Shown: positions 21,826 through 35,029, counted from the first letter of the stretch. The stretch is DNA of 64,000 nucleotides from Arcobacteraceae bacterium (GCA_963662945.1 OY759974.1:832001-896000); one strand, 5' to 3'. A program made the numbers and translations. The notes: a model not told the origin generated them from the letters alone.

Positions 21826-22182
21826 ATGAAAAATAAATACATTGCTGCATTCGAAGCTGCACAAACTGAAGGTAAAGAGATCCCACAATTTAGAGCTGGT
21901 GATACATTAAGACTTGGTGTTGAAATTAAAGAGGGTGAAAAAAAGAGAATCCAGAACTTTGAAGGTATTGTTATTGGTTTAAAAGGTGAAGGTGTATCTA
22001 ATACTTTTACAATCAGAAAAACTGGTGCAAACGGTATCGGTGTAGAGAGAATTTTCCCACTATACTCTGAAAGTTTAAAAACAATTGAAGTATTAAGAAG
22101 AGGTGATGTAAGAAGAGCTAAATTAAATTACCTTAGAAATCTTAAAGGAAAAGCTGCAAAAATTAAAGAGCTTAGAAAATAA
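21826..22182 (+). CDS. rplS: 50S ribosomal protein L19
   Basis: FRAGDT, GVERIFP and [10 protein letters not shown] motifs. Confidence 0.98.
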   Translation: MKNKYIAAFEAAQTEGKEIPQFRAGDTLRLGVEIKEGEKKRIQNFEGIVIGLKGEGVSNTFTIRKTGANGIGVERIFPLYSESLKTIEVLRRGDVRRAKLNYLRNLKGKAAKIKELRK

Positions 22183-22205
22183 TTCAAATTATTTGAATTT
22201 TTTAC

Positions 22206-22238
22206 AAGGTAAGTATCAGATGATACTTACCTTTTTTT
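22206..22238 (+). terminator. Intrinsic terminator after rplS
   Basis: AAGGTAAGTATC/GATACTTACCTT stem plus T-run. Confidence 0.85.
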
Positions 22239-22245
22239 ATCTCTT

Positions 22246-23121
22246 ATGAAAACTATAACCTATTCTCCAATAGAACAAATCACTTTTGAAAAACAATCTT
22301 TTTTAATCAAAAGAGATGATTTATTACATAAAGATTTTAGTGGAAATAAAGCACGAAAATTTTACTATTATCTAATCAATGACTTTCCAAATATTAACAC
22401 TATTATCAGCCACGGTTCAAATCAATCAAATGCAATGTATAGTTTATCAGTATTAGCAAAATTAAAAGGCTGGAAATTTATTTATTATGTGGATCATATT
22501 CCATCTTTTTTAAAAGAAAATCCACAAGGAAACTATAAGTATGCCCTTAAAAATGGTATGAATATTATTGAAAATAAAGAGTTTAAAAAAGAAAATTTAA
22601 CAGTTCAAAATAATGAACTTTTTATCAATGAAGGTGGTGCCATAAAAGAAGCACAATTTGGACTTGAACAACTAGCTAAAGAAATCAAAGAATATCAATA
22701 TAATAATCAGATACAAAATTTGAAAGTTTTCCTTCCAAGTGGTACAGGAACAACTGCCCTATTCTTACAAAAATACTTAGAATGTGAGGTTTTAACTTGT
22801 CCTTGTGTTGGAGATAGTGAGTATCTAAAAGAACAATTTTTGGAACTTGAAAAGAATGAAAAACTTCATCCTACTATTATATCCACTGATAAAAAATATC
22901 ATTTTGGAAAACTTTATAAAGAAAATTATCTTTTATGGAAAAAGTTAAAAGAAAAGATAAATATTGAATTTGATTTATTATATGACCCTATTGGAATAAA
23001 AACTTTTTTAGCGCTACAAAAAGAAGAGAATTTCACTTACCTTTATATCCACCAAGGGGGAATTAAAGGAAATGAAACTATGCGTGAGCGATATATTTAT
23101 AAATATAAAGATTTAATTTAA
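22246..23121 (+). CDS. ACC deaminase/D-cysteine desulfhydrase family PLP enzyme
   Basis: KRDDL..SGNKARK, QSNAM, PSGTGTT and IHQGG motifs. Confidence 0.85.
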   Translation: MKTITYSPIEQITFEKQSFLIKRDDLLHKDFSGNKARKFYYYLINDFPNINTIISHGSNQSNAMYSLSVLAKLKGWKFIYYVDHIPSFLKENPQGNYKYALKNGMNIIENKEFKKENLTVQNNELFINEGGAIKEAQFGLEQLAKEIKEYQYNNQIQNLKVFLPSGTGTTALFLQKYLECEVLTCPCVGDSEYLKEQFLELEKNEKLHPTIISTDKKYHFGKLYKENYLLWKKLKEKINIEFDLLYDPIGIKTFLALQKEENFTYLYIHQGGIKGNETMRERYIYKYKDLI

Positions 23122-24501
23122 ATTAGCTAACCATTTTTGAAAAGCTTCAATTTGTTCTTGCGTTCTAGCTGTACTAGTTCCACCAAAACTTGTTCTTGCA
23201 TTCATAGAATTTCGTAAATTAAGGTATTCTAGAATATCTTCATTTATTGAAGCTACTTCACTATTTGCACCTCGTATCTCTTCAATAGTAAGCTCACTCA
23301 TATCTTTCCCTAATTTATTTGCAACTGCAACCACATCTTTAGTAATATAATATGCAGTTCTAAAAGGAAGATTTGCTTTTTGCACTAAATAATCAGCTAA
23401 ATCTGTAGCACTTAAATGTCCTACCTTACAAGCAGATTCCATAGCATCAACATTGATAATAAGTGTATCCATAACAGAAGTTAATATATCTATAGATATC
23501 TCTGCTGTTGCCACACTATCAAATACACCCTCTTTATCCTCTTGTGTATCTTTATTGTAAGCTAGTGGTAAACCTTTCATAACAGTTAATAAGCCCATAA
23601 GGTTTCCATACACTCGTCCTGTTTTACCTCTTAAAAGTTCAGGTACATCTGGATTTTTCTTTTGTGGCATAATAGAACTTGTTGTTGCATATTCATCACT
23701 CATCTTAACAAAACCAAACTCATAACTTGACCATAAAATCAACTCTTCAGAAATTCTACTTATATGCATCATTGTTGTTGAGATATTAAAAAGTATCTCT
23801 AAAGCAAAATCTCTATTGCTACTTGTATCTAACGCACACGCAGTTGGTGCATCAAATCCTAAAAGTTCAGCTGTTTTAAATCTATCAATATTATGTGGAG
23901 TTCCTGCTAATGCTGCACTTCCTAGTGGCGAATAATTATTTCTCTCATAACTGCTTACAAATCTTTCATAGTCTCTTTTAAACATATTTGCATAAGCCAA
24001 CATATGAAATCCAAAATTTACAGGCTGTGCATGTTGCAAATGTGTCATACCAGGAATTAAAGTCTCTGTATGTTTTGAAGCAATATTTACAAATGTTTTA
24101 ATAAGATTTTCTAACTTCTCTTTTATCACTATAGTTTTATCTTGTACATACAAAGCAAAGTCAGTTGCAACTTGGTCATTTCTACTTCGTGCTGTATGAA
24201 GTCTTCCACCAGCAGAGCCTATATACTCTGTAAGTTTAGACTCAATAGCCATATGAACATCTTCATGCTCTATTTTCCACTCAAACTCCCCCGCTTCTAT
24301 TTCACCCTTTATTCGTAAAAGCCCTGCTTCTATCTTCTCTTGATCTTCTATAGATATAATCCCTTGTAAAGCTAACATTTTACTATGAGCAATACTCCCT
24401 TTTATATCTTGAGCATAAAGCTCTTTATCAAACATAACAGAAGCATTAAATTGATCTAATAGTGCGGCATTTGTATTTTTTAGTATTTGGTCTTTTGACA
24501 T
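23113..24501 (-). CDS. argH: Argininosuccinate lyase
   Basis: HTARSRNDQ and [11 protein letters not shown] motifs. Confidence 0.97.
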   Translation of the reverse strand: MSKDQILKNTNAALLDQFNASVMFDKELYAQDIKGSIAHSKMLALQGIISIEDQEKIEAGLLRIKGEIEAGEFEWKIEHEDVHMAIESKLTEYIGSAGGRLHTARSRNDQVATDFALYVQDKTIVIKEKLENLIKTFVNIASKHTETLIPGMTHLQHAQPVNFGFHMLAYANMFKRDYERFVSSYERNNYSPLGSAALAGTPHNIDRFKTAELLGFDAPTACALDTSSNRDFALEILFNISTTMMHISRISEELILWSSYEFGFVKMSDEYATTSSIMPQKKNPDVPELLRGKTGRVYGNLMGLLTVMKGLPLAYNKDTQEDKEGVFDSVATAEISIDILTSVMDTLIINVDAMESACKVGHLSATDLADYLVQKANLPFRTAYYITKDVVAVANKLGKDMSELTIEEIRGANSEVASINEDILEYLNLRNSMNARTSFGGTSTARTQEQIEAFQKWLANLN

Positions 24502-24543
24502 AAGTATCCTAATATTTGTGATTGATTTTTGGAATTATAACAT

Positions 24544-24575
24544 AAAAAAAGGTAGAGTCAAAACTCTACCTTTTT
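24544..24575 (-). terminator. Intrinsic terminator after nifU
   Basis: AAAAAAAGGTAGAGT-caaa-ACTCTACCTTTTT. Confidence 0.8.
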
Positions 24576-24604
24576 ATCTAACTCAATTAAAGATTACACT
24601 GCCA

Positions 24605-25585
24605 TTAAACAGGCAATACCCTAATGTTTTCATCCACTTTTTGTTTCAATGTAGACTCAATAGCATACAATGTTCCTGTACTTCCTGTTGAACAAGATGA
24701 ACATGCTCCTAGATATCTTATATAGATATCATAGTATGGTGTATTTTCTTTAATATCAATAATTTCCATATCTCCACCATCCATTACTAACATTGGTCTA
24801 ATATATTCTTCTATAATTGCATCTACTGCTTTGATTCTTTGAACTATTGTCATTTTATCAAATGAGTTTTCACCACTTTGTGTTGTATCTGCTGCTGCAC
24901 TTAATTTCTCTTGTTCCATTGATGCTTTTACTTCTGCTAAGATATCTACTAGATATACATCTTTTGCTTCATGTCCACCTGGGCGGATACATGATTTACA
25001 GTAACTTCCTGCTGTTGTTTTCTCAATAATCTCTTCTACTGTTTGAAGGTTATTTTCTCTTATTGCATCTACGATATCTTTTCTTGTTTTTCTTGCACAT
25101 TCACAAACGATATCTTGGTTTTCTATTTCACTTCGCTCAACTCCTTTGTATTGTGCTGCTGCTTCAAGGATTACATCGTATGCCATTACTGAACAATGCA
25201 TCTTTTGAGGTGGAACTGCTGGAGTATTTGGTTCATCTCTTAAAAATGCTTCCACTTCTGTATTTGTAATATGGATTGCATCATCTACTTTTCTACCGAT
25301 ACATAGTTCTGCCATAGCATCACTTGAAGCAATAGCTGTACCACAACCGAAGCTTCTAAATTTTGAATCAAGGATTGTATCTGTTTTTTCATCTACCAAC
25401 CAGTAAAGTCTTACTGCATCACCACAAGACTCTGCACCAAAGTCTGCAACAATTAATCTTGCACCTACTTTATCTGCATCTTCTTGAGTAAATTCACCAA
25501 GTGCTCTTGGGTTATTCATTCTATCTTGTACTTTTCTACTATATTGTTCCCAAACGTTTCCTGTAACTAATTCATCTCTTGCCAT
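24605..25585 (-). CDS. nifU: NifU-type Fe-S scaffold
   Basis: Three-domain layout with CGD, FGCG, KMHCS, a Bfd-like CEC..CKSC segment and an Nfu CSSC motif. Confidence 0.93.
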   Translation of the reverse strand: MARDELVTGNVWEQYSRKVQDRMNNPRALGEFTQEDADKVGARLIVADFGAESCGDAVRLYWLVDEKTDTILDSKFRSFGCGTAIASSDAMAELCIGRKVDDAIHITNTEVEAFLRDEPNTPAVPPQKMHCSVMAYDVILEAAAQYKGVERSEIENQDIVCECARKTRKDIVDAIRENNLQTVEEIIEKTTAGSYCKSCIRPGGHEAKDVYLVDILAEVKASMEQEKLSAAADTTQSGENSFDKMTIVQRIKAVDAIIEEYIRPMLVMDGGDMEIIDIKENTPYYDIYIRYLGACSSCSTGSTGTLYAIESTLKQKVDENIRVLPV

Positions 25586-25619
25586 AATATTTTTCCTTTA
25601 TAATTTATTCTCTATTGTA

Positions 25620-26813
25620 TTAATCGTGTAAGTGTACACTAAAAGCTTGTTGTTTTGCATACGTCATAGATATATTTCTAAGACGAACTACAGTTGACTT
25701 CACTTTCTCAATAACATAATCTATCTCTTCTTCTGTTGTAAATTTACTCAATGCAAACATTACTGTTGCATTTGCTATCTCTGTTTTTTCACCTAATGCT
25801 TCAACTACTGCACTTGATTCTAAATCTTCACTTGAACAGCTTGAACCTGTTGAGATATAGATACCATGTTGATTCATATCCCAAAGCATCGCTTCCCCTT
25901 CAACACCTCTAAAAGAGATTGCTACAAGGTTTTTGAGTCTTTTTACTCTTGGTACATAAGATTTTGTATCTGGTATTTTTAGAAGTTCATCTTCTAGTTT
26001 ATTTCTCAATTTTTGTGTTGTATGATCCATAAAAGAGAGGTTTATATTTGCTAGTTCTACAGCTTTTGCCATTGCTGCAACACCGTTATTATAAAGAGAC
26101 CCACCTCTTTTTCCACCCATTACATTTTTTGCACCATGGATAAGTGTTGTATATGGCGCTCCTGCTTTTATATACATTAAACCTACACCTTTTGGTCCAT
26201 GGAATTTATGTGCTGAACAGGTAAAGTAATCTACACCTAAGTCTCTTACATCTACTTTCATTTTCCCCATTGCTTGGGCACCATCACTATGGAAGTATAC
26301 GTTATGTTTTTTTGCAATTTCACTTATTTTTTTAATATCTTGCACTGCACCTGTTTCATTTGAAGCCATAAGAACAGAGATTAAACATGTTTGAGGAGTA
26401 ATTGCTTTTTCTAGTTCATCTAATTTAACAAGACCATTTACATCTGTTCCTACGTAAGTAACTGCCATACCCATATCTTTACAGAATTTCAGTGGAGATT
26501 TTATACTTGAGTGTTCTGCCACTGTTGAAATGATATGATTTCTACTATCACCTTTTAGGAAGTTATGCAAAAATGTTTTTATTACTGCGTTATTCCCTTC
26601 TGTTGTTGAAGAGGTGATGATAATATCATCTGCATCATCTGCACCTATTCCTTCATACAATGTATCATAGGCATCATTTAACAATTTTCTTGCTTCTATA
26701 CCTTTATTATAGATTACATTTATATTTCCGAACTTCTCTATACTCTCACAGTAAACCTTCTGTACTTTTGGGTCTATTGGGGTTGTTGAGTTATTATCTA
26801 AGTATACTTCCAT
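25620..26813 (-). CDS. nifS: NifS-type cysteine desulfurase
   Basis: YLDNN.TT, SAHKFHGPKG and STGSSCSS motifs. Confidence 0.93.
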   Translation of the reverse strand: MEVYLDNNSTTPIDPKVQKVYCESIEKFGNINVIYNKGIEARKLLNDAYDTLYEGIGADDADDIIITSSTTEGNNAVIKTFLHNFLKGDSRNHIISTVAEHSSIKSPLKFCKDMGMAVTYVGTDVNGLVKLDELEKAITPQTCLISVLMASNETGAVQDIKKISEIAKKHNVYFHSDGAQAMGKMKVDVRDLGVDYFTCSAHKFHGPKGVGLMYIKAGAPYTTLIHGAKNVMGGKRGGSLYNNGVAAMAKAVELANINLSFMDHTTQKLRNKLEDELLKIPDTKSYVPRVKRLKNLVAISFRGVEGEAMLWDMNQHGIYISTGSSCSSEDLESSAVVEALGEKTEIANATVMFALSKFTTEEEIDYVIEKVKSTVVRLRNISMTYAKQQAFSVHLHD

Positions 26814-26853
26814 TATTAGCCACCTAATTATTTATTTGTGTAAGTGTAACTTA

Positions 26854-26876
26854 AATAAGATAAAATTAGTCTTATT
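26854..26876. promoter_or_regulatory. Palindromic operator candidate upstream of nifS (Rrf2/IscR-like)
   Basis: AATAAGA-N9-TCTTATT perfect inverted repeat about 40 bp upstream of the nifS start. Confidence 0.5.
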
Positions 26877-26890
26877 AGAAAAACTTAATT

Positions 26891-28813
26891 TTATTTTCTT
26901 CTATTTTTTATATCTCTTTCAACTCCTCTTCTCTCTTCTCCTTTATAATCTGGGTCTATTATTTTTTTTCTTACTTTAATGTCATCTTTACCACTAAACT
27001 CTTTTCCTGTCGCATCATCAACAATTTTTTGTGCTATTGTACTTGCTTGTTTTGATACTAAATTTGTCTCATCCGCAATTTTTGCATTTTCTTGAACTGA
27101 TTTATCAATATGTGAAATAGTATTATTTATTTGTGATACTTTTTGTTGTTGTATAATTGTTTCTCTAGAAACCAAATCAATTAAAGTAGTAGTAGAACTA
27201 ATATCTTCATTTAATGTTTTATACCCTGTAATCATATCATTGGCAATTGAACTACCAATGTTTGACTGTGCCGTTGCTACTTCTACAAGTTCTTTAATTT
27301 CATTTGCTGCATCTGCACTTCTACTTGCAAGGTTTCGAACCTCTTGTGCAACTACTGCAAATCCTTTTCCAGCTTCACCTGCTGTTGCTGCTTCAACAGC
27401 TGCATTTAAACTTAATATATTTGTTTGAAATGCTATTTGATTTATAATAATTATCGCTTCATTTATAGCATTTACTTTTTCATTTATATTTGATATTGAT
27501 TCAACTGTTTTATTTGCTAAATCTTGCCCTTCTTTAGAAGAAACTCTTACTTTATTTGCTAAATTTTCCATCTCTTGGCTATTTTTTGAAATGTTTGCCA
27601 AATTTTGTGTTACCTCATTTAATGATTCCGAAGCTTCATTAAGAGAACGAGCTTCTTCTTGTGAAGCTTGTGCTAATTTACTTATATTTGTAGACAAAAC
27701 AGCTGATGTTTGTTGTAAAGCTTTTCCATTTTTAAGATTTTGTCCACTTAGTTTTGTTAATGTATCTCCTAAATAATCTACTTGATTAAATAGCTGTTGT
27801 ATTTGTGCAATAGTTTTTCCACTTGATTGTATTCTGTATGAATAATTATCTTGAGAATAATTTTCTAAAGCATCTAAAACTCTTGTTATGTTGTAATTCA
27901 ATGAAGAAATTAAACTATTTACAATAGTTGTAAGATTATTTATTTCTGGATTATTCGCTTTTGTATCTATTTTAACACTTAAATTTCCTAAAGAAACTTC
28001 TTGACATACATTTGAAACTTCTTTTATAGCCTGTGCATCTTTATTTAATCCCTGAATTGTTTTTTCTATATTTTCATTTATAGATATAACCATTTGCCCT
28101 ATTTCATCTTCACTATGTACTTTAAATGGCTCTATAGTTTTTCGCTCATTTGCTAAAAATGAGAAGAATAATTTTAACTCTTCTTGAAGTTCTTTTAATG
28201 GATCTGTTGCTTTTTTTGCTACAAACCAAACTACTCCTAAAGTTAATAAAATAATAAAAATAGATAAAGTTAAATTAGAAAAAATTGTATCTTCAATAGC
28301 AACATCTGCACTATCTAGCGAAAATGTTAAATCAATAACACCAATAACATCTCCCTCTTTTTGATTTGCATGACACATTAAACATTCATTTGAAGCTATC
28401 ATTGGTCTTAAAACTCTTAAAAAATGAGAGTCATGTTTATATTCTTCTAATACTTGTTCTTGCTTTGTACTAAAAGCTCTTAATGTATCTTTATCTGTAG
28501 TAAATTGCGTTTGAGGAGAATACATTTCTATAGTTTCTTTGCTCTTTGCAACAGTTAGTTGTGTCAAACCTTTAATATTTTTTCTACTATCCTCTTCTGC
28601 TTTTTGGATAACTGCTGGGTCTCCTGTATTCATAGCATTACGCAAAGTTAAAAATAAAGAATCTGTTAACATACTTAAAGATTCTTTTGCACTATTTTTT
28701 GCTAGATCATGCATATTGTTTGTTGTAATGTAATTTGTAATAATATTACCTAAAGTTAAAATAATAATGATTGGAAAAATTATTTTTGTTGAAACTCGAA
28801 GTTTTTTAAACAT
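26891..28813 (-). CDS. Methyl-accepting chemotaxis protein with periplasmic CxxCH
   Basis: Two TMs, periplasmic CLMCH, signalling hairpin [27 protein letters not shown]. Confidence 0.93.
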   Translation of the reverse strand: MFKKLRVSTKIIFPIIIILTLGNIITNYITTNNMHDLAKNSAKESLSMLTDSLFLTLRNAMNTGDPAVIQKAEEDSRKNIKGLTQLTVAKSKETIEMYSPQTQFTTDKDTLRAFSTKQEQVLEEYKHDSHFLRVLRPMIASNECLMCHANQKEGDVIGVIDLTFSLDSADVAIEDTIFSNLTLSIFIILLTLGVVWFVAKKATDPLKELQEELKLFFSFLANERKTIEPFKVHSEDEIGQMVISINENIEKTIQGLNKDAQAIKEVSNVCQEVSLGNLSVKIDTKANNPEINNLTTIVNSLISSLNYNITRVLDALENYSQDNYSYRIQSSGKTIAQIQQLFNQVDYLGDTLTKLSGQNLKNGKALQQTSAVLSTNISKLAQASQEEARSLNEASESLNEVTQNLANISKNSQEMENLANKVRVSSKEGQDLANKTVESISNINEKVNAINEAIIIINQIAFQTNILSLNAAVEAATAGEAGKGFAVVAQEVRNLASRSADAANEIKELVEVATAQSNIGSSIANDMITGYKTLNEDISSTTTLIDLVSRETIIQQQKVSQINNTISHIDKSVQENAKIADETNLVSKQASTIAQKIVDDATGKEFSGKDDIKVRKKIIDPDYKGEERRGVERDIKNRRK

Positions 28814-28940
28814 AGAAACCCTTGATTAATCTAAAATATCGCGTCATTATACAACACTAGGACTTTAAGGAGACTTGCAAAAAGCTGATATAAATCTAGA
28901 TATGCTATAATATTATTATAAAATAATTTTTAGGACAGAT

Positions 28941-29669
28941 ATGACAATTTCAAAATATAATGCAAGTGGAAATACTTTTGTAATCTTTCATACAAATGAA
29001 AAAAAGGATTATAGTCAACTTGCAATTGAACTATGCAAACAAGAAAATACAGATGGTATGATAGTTGTTGTGCCTCATCTTGTATATGATTTTGAATGGC
29101 TTTTTTATAATAATGATGGAAGTACAGCTTCAATGTGTGGAAATGGTACGCGAGCTGTTGCACACTACGCTTACTCAAATCAATTGTGTGGTACTTATTT
29201 AAAATTTTTAACAGGTGCCGGAGAAATAACTTGTATAGTGGATGATGATATTGTAAAAACTACAATGCCAAAACCAAAATTTATACAAGAAAATTTTCAA
29301 GAAGAAAATTTCACTTGGTATCTTCTTGATACTGGTGTCCCACATCTTGTTACAATTGTAGAAGATTTAGACCTATTTAACCTTGAACTATGTGCATCAA
29401 TGAGATATAAACATAATGCAAATGTAAATTTTGCAAAAATTGAAAATGAAGTAGTCAAAGTTAGAACCTATGAAAGAGGTGTAGAAAACGAAACTCTTGC
29501 TTGTGGTACAGGAATGACTGCTTCATTTTTAGTAGCCAATAAATTAAATCTCGTTCCAAATAGTGTTAGTGTGTATCCAAAAAGTGGTGAACAATTAATT
29601 TTGTCAAAAGATGCAGATAATTTATACTTTCAAGGGAAAGTTACTCAAGAATATACAAAGAGTATATAA
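28941..29669 (+). CDS. dapF: Diaminopimelate epimerase
   Basis: MCGNG, GVPH and ERGVENETLACGTG motifs. Confidence 0.95.
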   Translation: MTISKYNASGNTFVIFHTNEKKDYSQLAIELCKQENTDGMIVVVPHLVYDFEWLFYNNDGSTASMCGNGTRAVAHYAYSNQLCGTYLKFLTGAGEITCIVDDDIVKTTMPKPKFIQENFQEENFTWYLLDTGVPHLVTIVEDLDLFNLELCASMRYKHNANVNFAKIENEVVKVRTYERGVENETLACGTGMTASFLVANKLNLVPNSVSVYPKSGEQLILSKDADNLYFQGKVTQEYTKSI

Positions 29670-30458
29670 ATGAAAAAGTATTCTTCTTTCTTTCTAATTT
29701 TAACAGTTCTATTTTTCATGACAGGCTGTGATAAAAAGAATGTGAAAGAAGATGTTAAGCTTGTAAAAAAAAGTTATTTCAAAACTAAACTGGGAACTAT
29801 AGAAAATCAAAAACTTGTCACTGTTTTACCTGAAGCTAAAAAGAAAATAGTTAAAAAGAAAAAAAAACCTCAAGTTAATTCTCTTGTACTGCAAAAAAAA
29901 CAAAAATTTAAAGAAATTTTAGTACCCATTGTCACCGAAGTGTACAACACACTCCAAAGACAATATCTTAATGTAAAATCAGATATAGAACAAGGGAAAA
30001 ATCAAGAATTTATTGAAAAATTGAAAGTAGAATATAAAGCAACAACAAATAAAGAACTTCTTGAAGCTTTAAAGCCACATCCAGTGAGTATAGCCCTAGC
30101 ACAAGCTGCTATTGAGAGTGCATGGCTTACTTCTAGATTTACAATCAAAGCCAACAATATTTTTGGTGTATGGTCATTTAGGGATGATGAACCTAGAATT
30201 GAAGCAAGTTCTACAAGAGGTGAAAAGAAAATTTATCTTAAAAAATATAAAACTTTTAAGGCAGCAGTAACAGACTATTATAAAAATTTAGCAAAAAATT
30301 GGGCCTATGAAAAGTTTAGAGAAGAAAGAACACTCACTAATGACCCGTATCATTTAGTACAGTTTTTAGAATCCTATTCGGAAAAAAAAGAACGATATAC
30401 TAAACTACTTGCTAAAATGATAGAACATAATGATTTTTACAAATATGATATAAAGTAG
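29670..30458 (+). CDS. Glucosaminidase-domain (Bax-like) lipoprotein
   Basis: Lipobox MTGC; LAQAAIESAWLTSRF..ANNIFG. Confidence 0.85.
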   Translation: MKKYSSFFLILTVLFFMTGCDKKNVKEDVKLVKKSYFKTKLGTIENQKLVTVLPEAKKKIVKKKKKPQVNSLVLQKKQKFKEILVPIVTEVYNTLQRQYLNVKSDIEQGKNQEFIEKLKVEYKATTNKELLEALKPHPVSIALAQAAIESAWLTSRFTIKANNIFGVWSFRDDEPRIEASSTRGEKKIYLKKYKTFKAAVTDYYKNLAKNWAYEKFREERTLTNDPYHLVQFLESYSEKKERYTKLLAKMIEHNDFYKYDIK

Positions 30459-30462
30459 GACT

Positions 30463-31503
30463 ATGAAAATACTTGTTTGTGCACTCGAAACCTCTTCTAA
30501 TATTCATTTAAAAGCTCTTAAAAAAGAGTTAAATGACGATGTGGAACTCATCGGAATTTATGATAAAAAATTAGGAGATCCAAACTATGATATTAGTGAT
30601 ATGGCAGTAATGGGCTTTATTGATGCTTTTAAAAAACTTCCATTTTTTCTAAAACTCAATAATCAGATGGTAGAACTTGCTTCACAAGTAGATAAGGTTT
30701 TACTGATGGATTCTTCAGGATTCAATCTTCCTCTTGCTAAAAAAATTAAAAAAAGATATCCAGATAAAGAGATAATCTACTACATCTTACCACAAGCTTG
30801 GGCTTGGAAGAAAAAAAGAATTCCAAAGATTGAAAAGTACTGTGATACCTTATGTTCAATTCTCCCTTTTGAAAAAGATCATTACAATAAAAAAGAGATG
30901 ATTCATTATGTTGGACATCCACTTTTAGATGAAATTAATTACTTTAAAGAGAGTGTTTCTCACAATAATAAAATAGCTTTTATGCCAGGAAGCAGACGAG
31001 GTGAAATAACAAAACTCATGCCTATATACAAAGAGATTGTAAAACATATCAAAGAAGAAGCAATTTTAATTATTCCAGCTCATTTTAATGATGAATATAT
31101 CAAAGCCACTTATGGTGATATTTCTATGTTCACAATATCAAAAGACACTCATAAAACACTTCAAGAAGCTGATTTTGCATTTATTTGTAGTGGTACTGCA
31201 ACACTTGAAGCAGCACTTATTGGTACACCTTTTGTTTTAAACTATATTGCTAAAAAATTAGATTATTTTATTGGAAATAATTTAGTAAAAATTAACTTTA
31301 TAGGACTTGCAAATATCTTTTTTGAAAAAATGGGAAAAGCTCCAATACATAAAGAATATGTTCAAGAACAAGTCACAGTAGAAAATCTATTAGATGAATA
31401 CAATAATCTTGACAGAGAAAAGTTTTTAGAAAATTCTAAAATTTTAAGAGCATATTTACAGAATGGAAGTAGTAAAAATGTTGCTACTTTTATAAATAGC
31501 TAA
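30463..31503 (+). CDS. lpxB: Lipid-A-disaccharide synthase
   Basis: PQAWAW, VGHPL, PGSR and SGTATLE motifs. Confidence 0.95.
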   Translation: MKILVCALETSSNIHLKALKKELNDDVELIGIYDKKLGDPNYDISDMAVMGFIDAFKKLPFFLKLNNQMVELASQVDKVLLMDSSGFNLPLAKKIKKRYPDKEIIYYILPQAWAWKKKRIPKIEKYCDTLCSILPFEKDHYNKKEMIHYVGHPLLDEINYFKESVSHNNKIAFMPGSRRGEITKLMPIYKEIVKHIKEEAILIIPAHFNDEYIKATYGDISMFTISKDTHKTLQEADFAFICSGTATLEAALIGTPFVLNYIAKKLDYFIGNNLVKINFIGLANIFFEKMGKAPIHKEYVQEQVTVENLLDEYNNLDREKFLENSKILRAYLQNGSSKNVATFINS

Positions 31504-31509
31504 AGGGTT

Positions 31510-32880
<1,371 letters not shown>

Positions 32881-32977
32881 TTATTTTTATTACTAACATG
32901 ACAATATTAGCTTAAATAGATTTATATTTACATTATGGTACAATCTTTTTAACTAACATGAGGAAACTTTCTACTAA

Positions 32978-35008
32978 ATGCCCCTATCAAATTTAAATAA
33001 AGAACAACACGCTTCTGCTACTTGTAACATCGGTCACAATTTAACAATAGCCAGTGCAGGAACGGGAAAAACATCTACAATAGTAGGAAGAATTGGTCAT
33101 CTACTTCATAATGGCACAAAGCCTTCTCAAATACTTCTCTTAACTTTCACAAATAAAGCAGCTGCAGAAATGATCAGTAGAGTTGCTAATTTTTTTGATG
33201 AAACAACTGCAAAAGCAATTATATCTGGAACATTTCATAGTGTAAGTTATAAACTGTTAAAACAATATGAAAAAAATATCACATTAAAACAACCAAATGA
33301 ACTCAAAACACTGTTTAAATCTATTTATGAAAAAAGAGTTTTTGTAGACCAAGATGATGTGAAACCTTATGATGGTGGCTATTTATATGATATGTATAGT
33401 TTATATCTCAATAGTAGTTATGGAGAAGATTTTGAAACATGGATAGGGAATAAAAATAGTGATCAAAAAAAATACACACTTATATATCAAGATGTTGTAG
33501 ATGAATTCAATCGTTTAAAAAAAGAATATGGCTATGTGAATTTCGACGATTTACTTTTAGAGATGTTGGAATTACAAAAAGAGATTGATTTTGATTTTAC
33601 TGAAATACTTGTAGATGAATACCAAGATACAAATCCCTTACAAGGAAAAATTCTTGATGGATTTAAACCAAAAAGTTTATTTTGTGTGGGAGATTATGAT
33701 CAAAGTATCTATGCTTTTAATGGAAGTGATATAAATATCATCTCTTCATTTGATGAAAGATATCCAAATGCAACTATTTATACTCTCAATAAAAACTATC
33801 GTTCAACAGCAAACATTTTAAATCTAGCAAACAGAGTTATAGAACATAATCCAAGAATATATGAAAAATCTTTACAAGTTGTAAGAGATGCTGCAAATCA
33901 ACATATTCCACAACTGTTAAAATTTGATGAACTCTATATCCAATATGAGTTTATCTCAAAACAAATCCTAAAAAGCGCAAATCCTAAAGATGAAATAGCA
34001 ATTATCTATAGAAATAACTCTAGTGCAGATGGTATAGAAGCAAATTTAAGAGATATGGGAATAGATTGTAAAAGAAAAGGTGGTCATAGTTTTTTTGATT
34101 CAAGAGAAATAAAAGTGATACTTGATCTCATGGTTTTAATGGTAAAACAAAATGATATGATGGCCTTTATTCACATAGTAGAATACGGTAAGAATATCGG
34201 GAAAGCTATAGCTAAAGATATTTTTGAAGCCTTATTAAGAATAGGACATGGAAATATTTTTCATGGACTTTTTAATCCTGACAATACTATTATTAAGCCT
34301 TATAAAAGTACAAAAACAACCAATGTACAGCTTGGTCTTTTTGATGATTTTATAGAGATGGGAAGTACTGCAAAATTTAAAGATTTGGGTTGGGAAAATA
34401 AATTTTTAAATAACTCCATACTGAAGCATCCAAAACTTACTTTGGAAGGTGGAATATTTTTATATGATTTTTATTCTTTATTAAAGGAATTAAAAAGAAT
34501 ACAAAATCCAAATAATATGATCAAACATATCCAAGAACATAAGTTTTTTAAAACAATACTTGATAGTATCACTACAGCTAGGGCAAAACAAAAAGATGGT
34601 ACAATAAATGAAACAATTAAACAAAGTGCTTCATTTAAAGCTAATAGAAGAGTAGAAACACTGAAACAGCTTTCAAGCAGACATAATAACTTAGGAAACT
34701 TCATAAATGCCATGATACTTGGTGGTGGAGAGATGAGTGAAGGTGGTGGAGTTAACTTACTTTCAGTCCATGCAAGTAAAGGCTTAGAATTTAAAGAAGT
34801 ATATGTAGTTGATTTGATGGATGGTAGATTTCCAAATAGAACTTTAATGAGTAAAGGTGGAAGTTTAGAAGAAGAACGACGACTTTTTTATGTTGCAGTT
34901 ACAAGAGCTAAAGATATTTTATATTTAAGTTATGCAACTTACGATAGAATAAAAAAATTAGATTTTATACACAGTCCTTTTTTAGTGGAAGCTGGACTTG
35001 TACAATAG
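32978..35008 (+). CDS. UvrD/Rep family ATP-dependent helicase
   Basis: AGTGKT, VDEYQD, HASKGLEF and EERRLFYVAVTRA motifs. Confidence 0.93.
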   Translation: MPLSNLNKEQHASATCNIGHNLTIASAGTGKTSTIVGRIGHLLHNGTKPSQILLLTFTNKAAAEMISRVANFFDETTAKAIISGTFHSVSYKLLKQYEKNITLKQPNELKTLFKSIYEKRVFVDQDDVKPYDGGYLYDMYSLYLNSSYGEDFETWIGNKNSDQKKYTLIYQDVVDEFNRLKKEYGYVNFDDLLLEMLELQKEIDFDFTEILVDEYQDTNPLQGKILDGFKPKSLFCVGDYDQSIYAFNGSDINIISSFDERYPNATIYTLNKNYRSTANILNLANRVIEHNPRIYEKSLQVVRDAANQHIPQLLKFDELYIQYEFISKQILKSANPKDEIAIIYRNNSSADGIEANLRDMGIDCKRKGGHSFFDSREIKVILDLMVLMVKQNDMMAFIHIVEYGKNIGKAIAKDIFEALLRIGHGNIFHGLFNPDNTIIKPYKSTKTTNVQLGLFDDFIEMGSTAKFKDLGWENKFLNNSILKHPKLTLEGGIFLYDFYSLLKELKRIQNPNNMIKHIQEHKFFKTILDSITTARAKQKDGTINETIKQSASFKANRRVETLKQLSSRHNNLGNFINAMILGGGEMSEGGGVNLLSVHASKGLEFKEVYVVDLMDGRFPNRTLMSKGGSLEEERRLFYVAVTRAKDILYLSYATYDRIKKLDFIHSPFLVEAGLVQ

Positions 35009-35029
35009 ATATTATGGAAAAGGTTTAGA

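Noticed and set aside
24605-26813. nifS-nifU as evidence for nitrogen fixation
   Set aside because: The NIF-type system is the standard Fe-S machinery in Campylobacterota, and no nitrogenase genes are present here.
32978-35008. UvrD-like helicase as a defence-system component
   Set aside because: It has no nuclease partner and sits in a housekeeping context.
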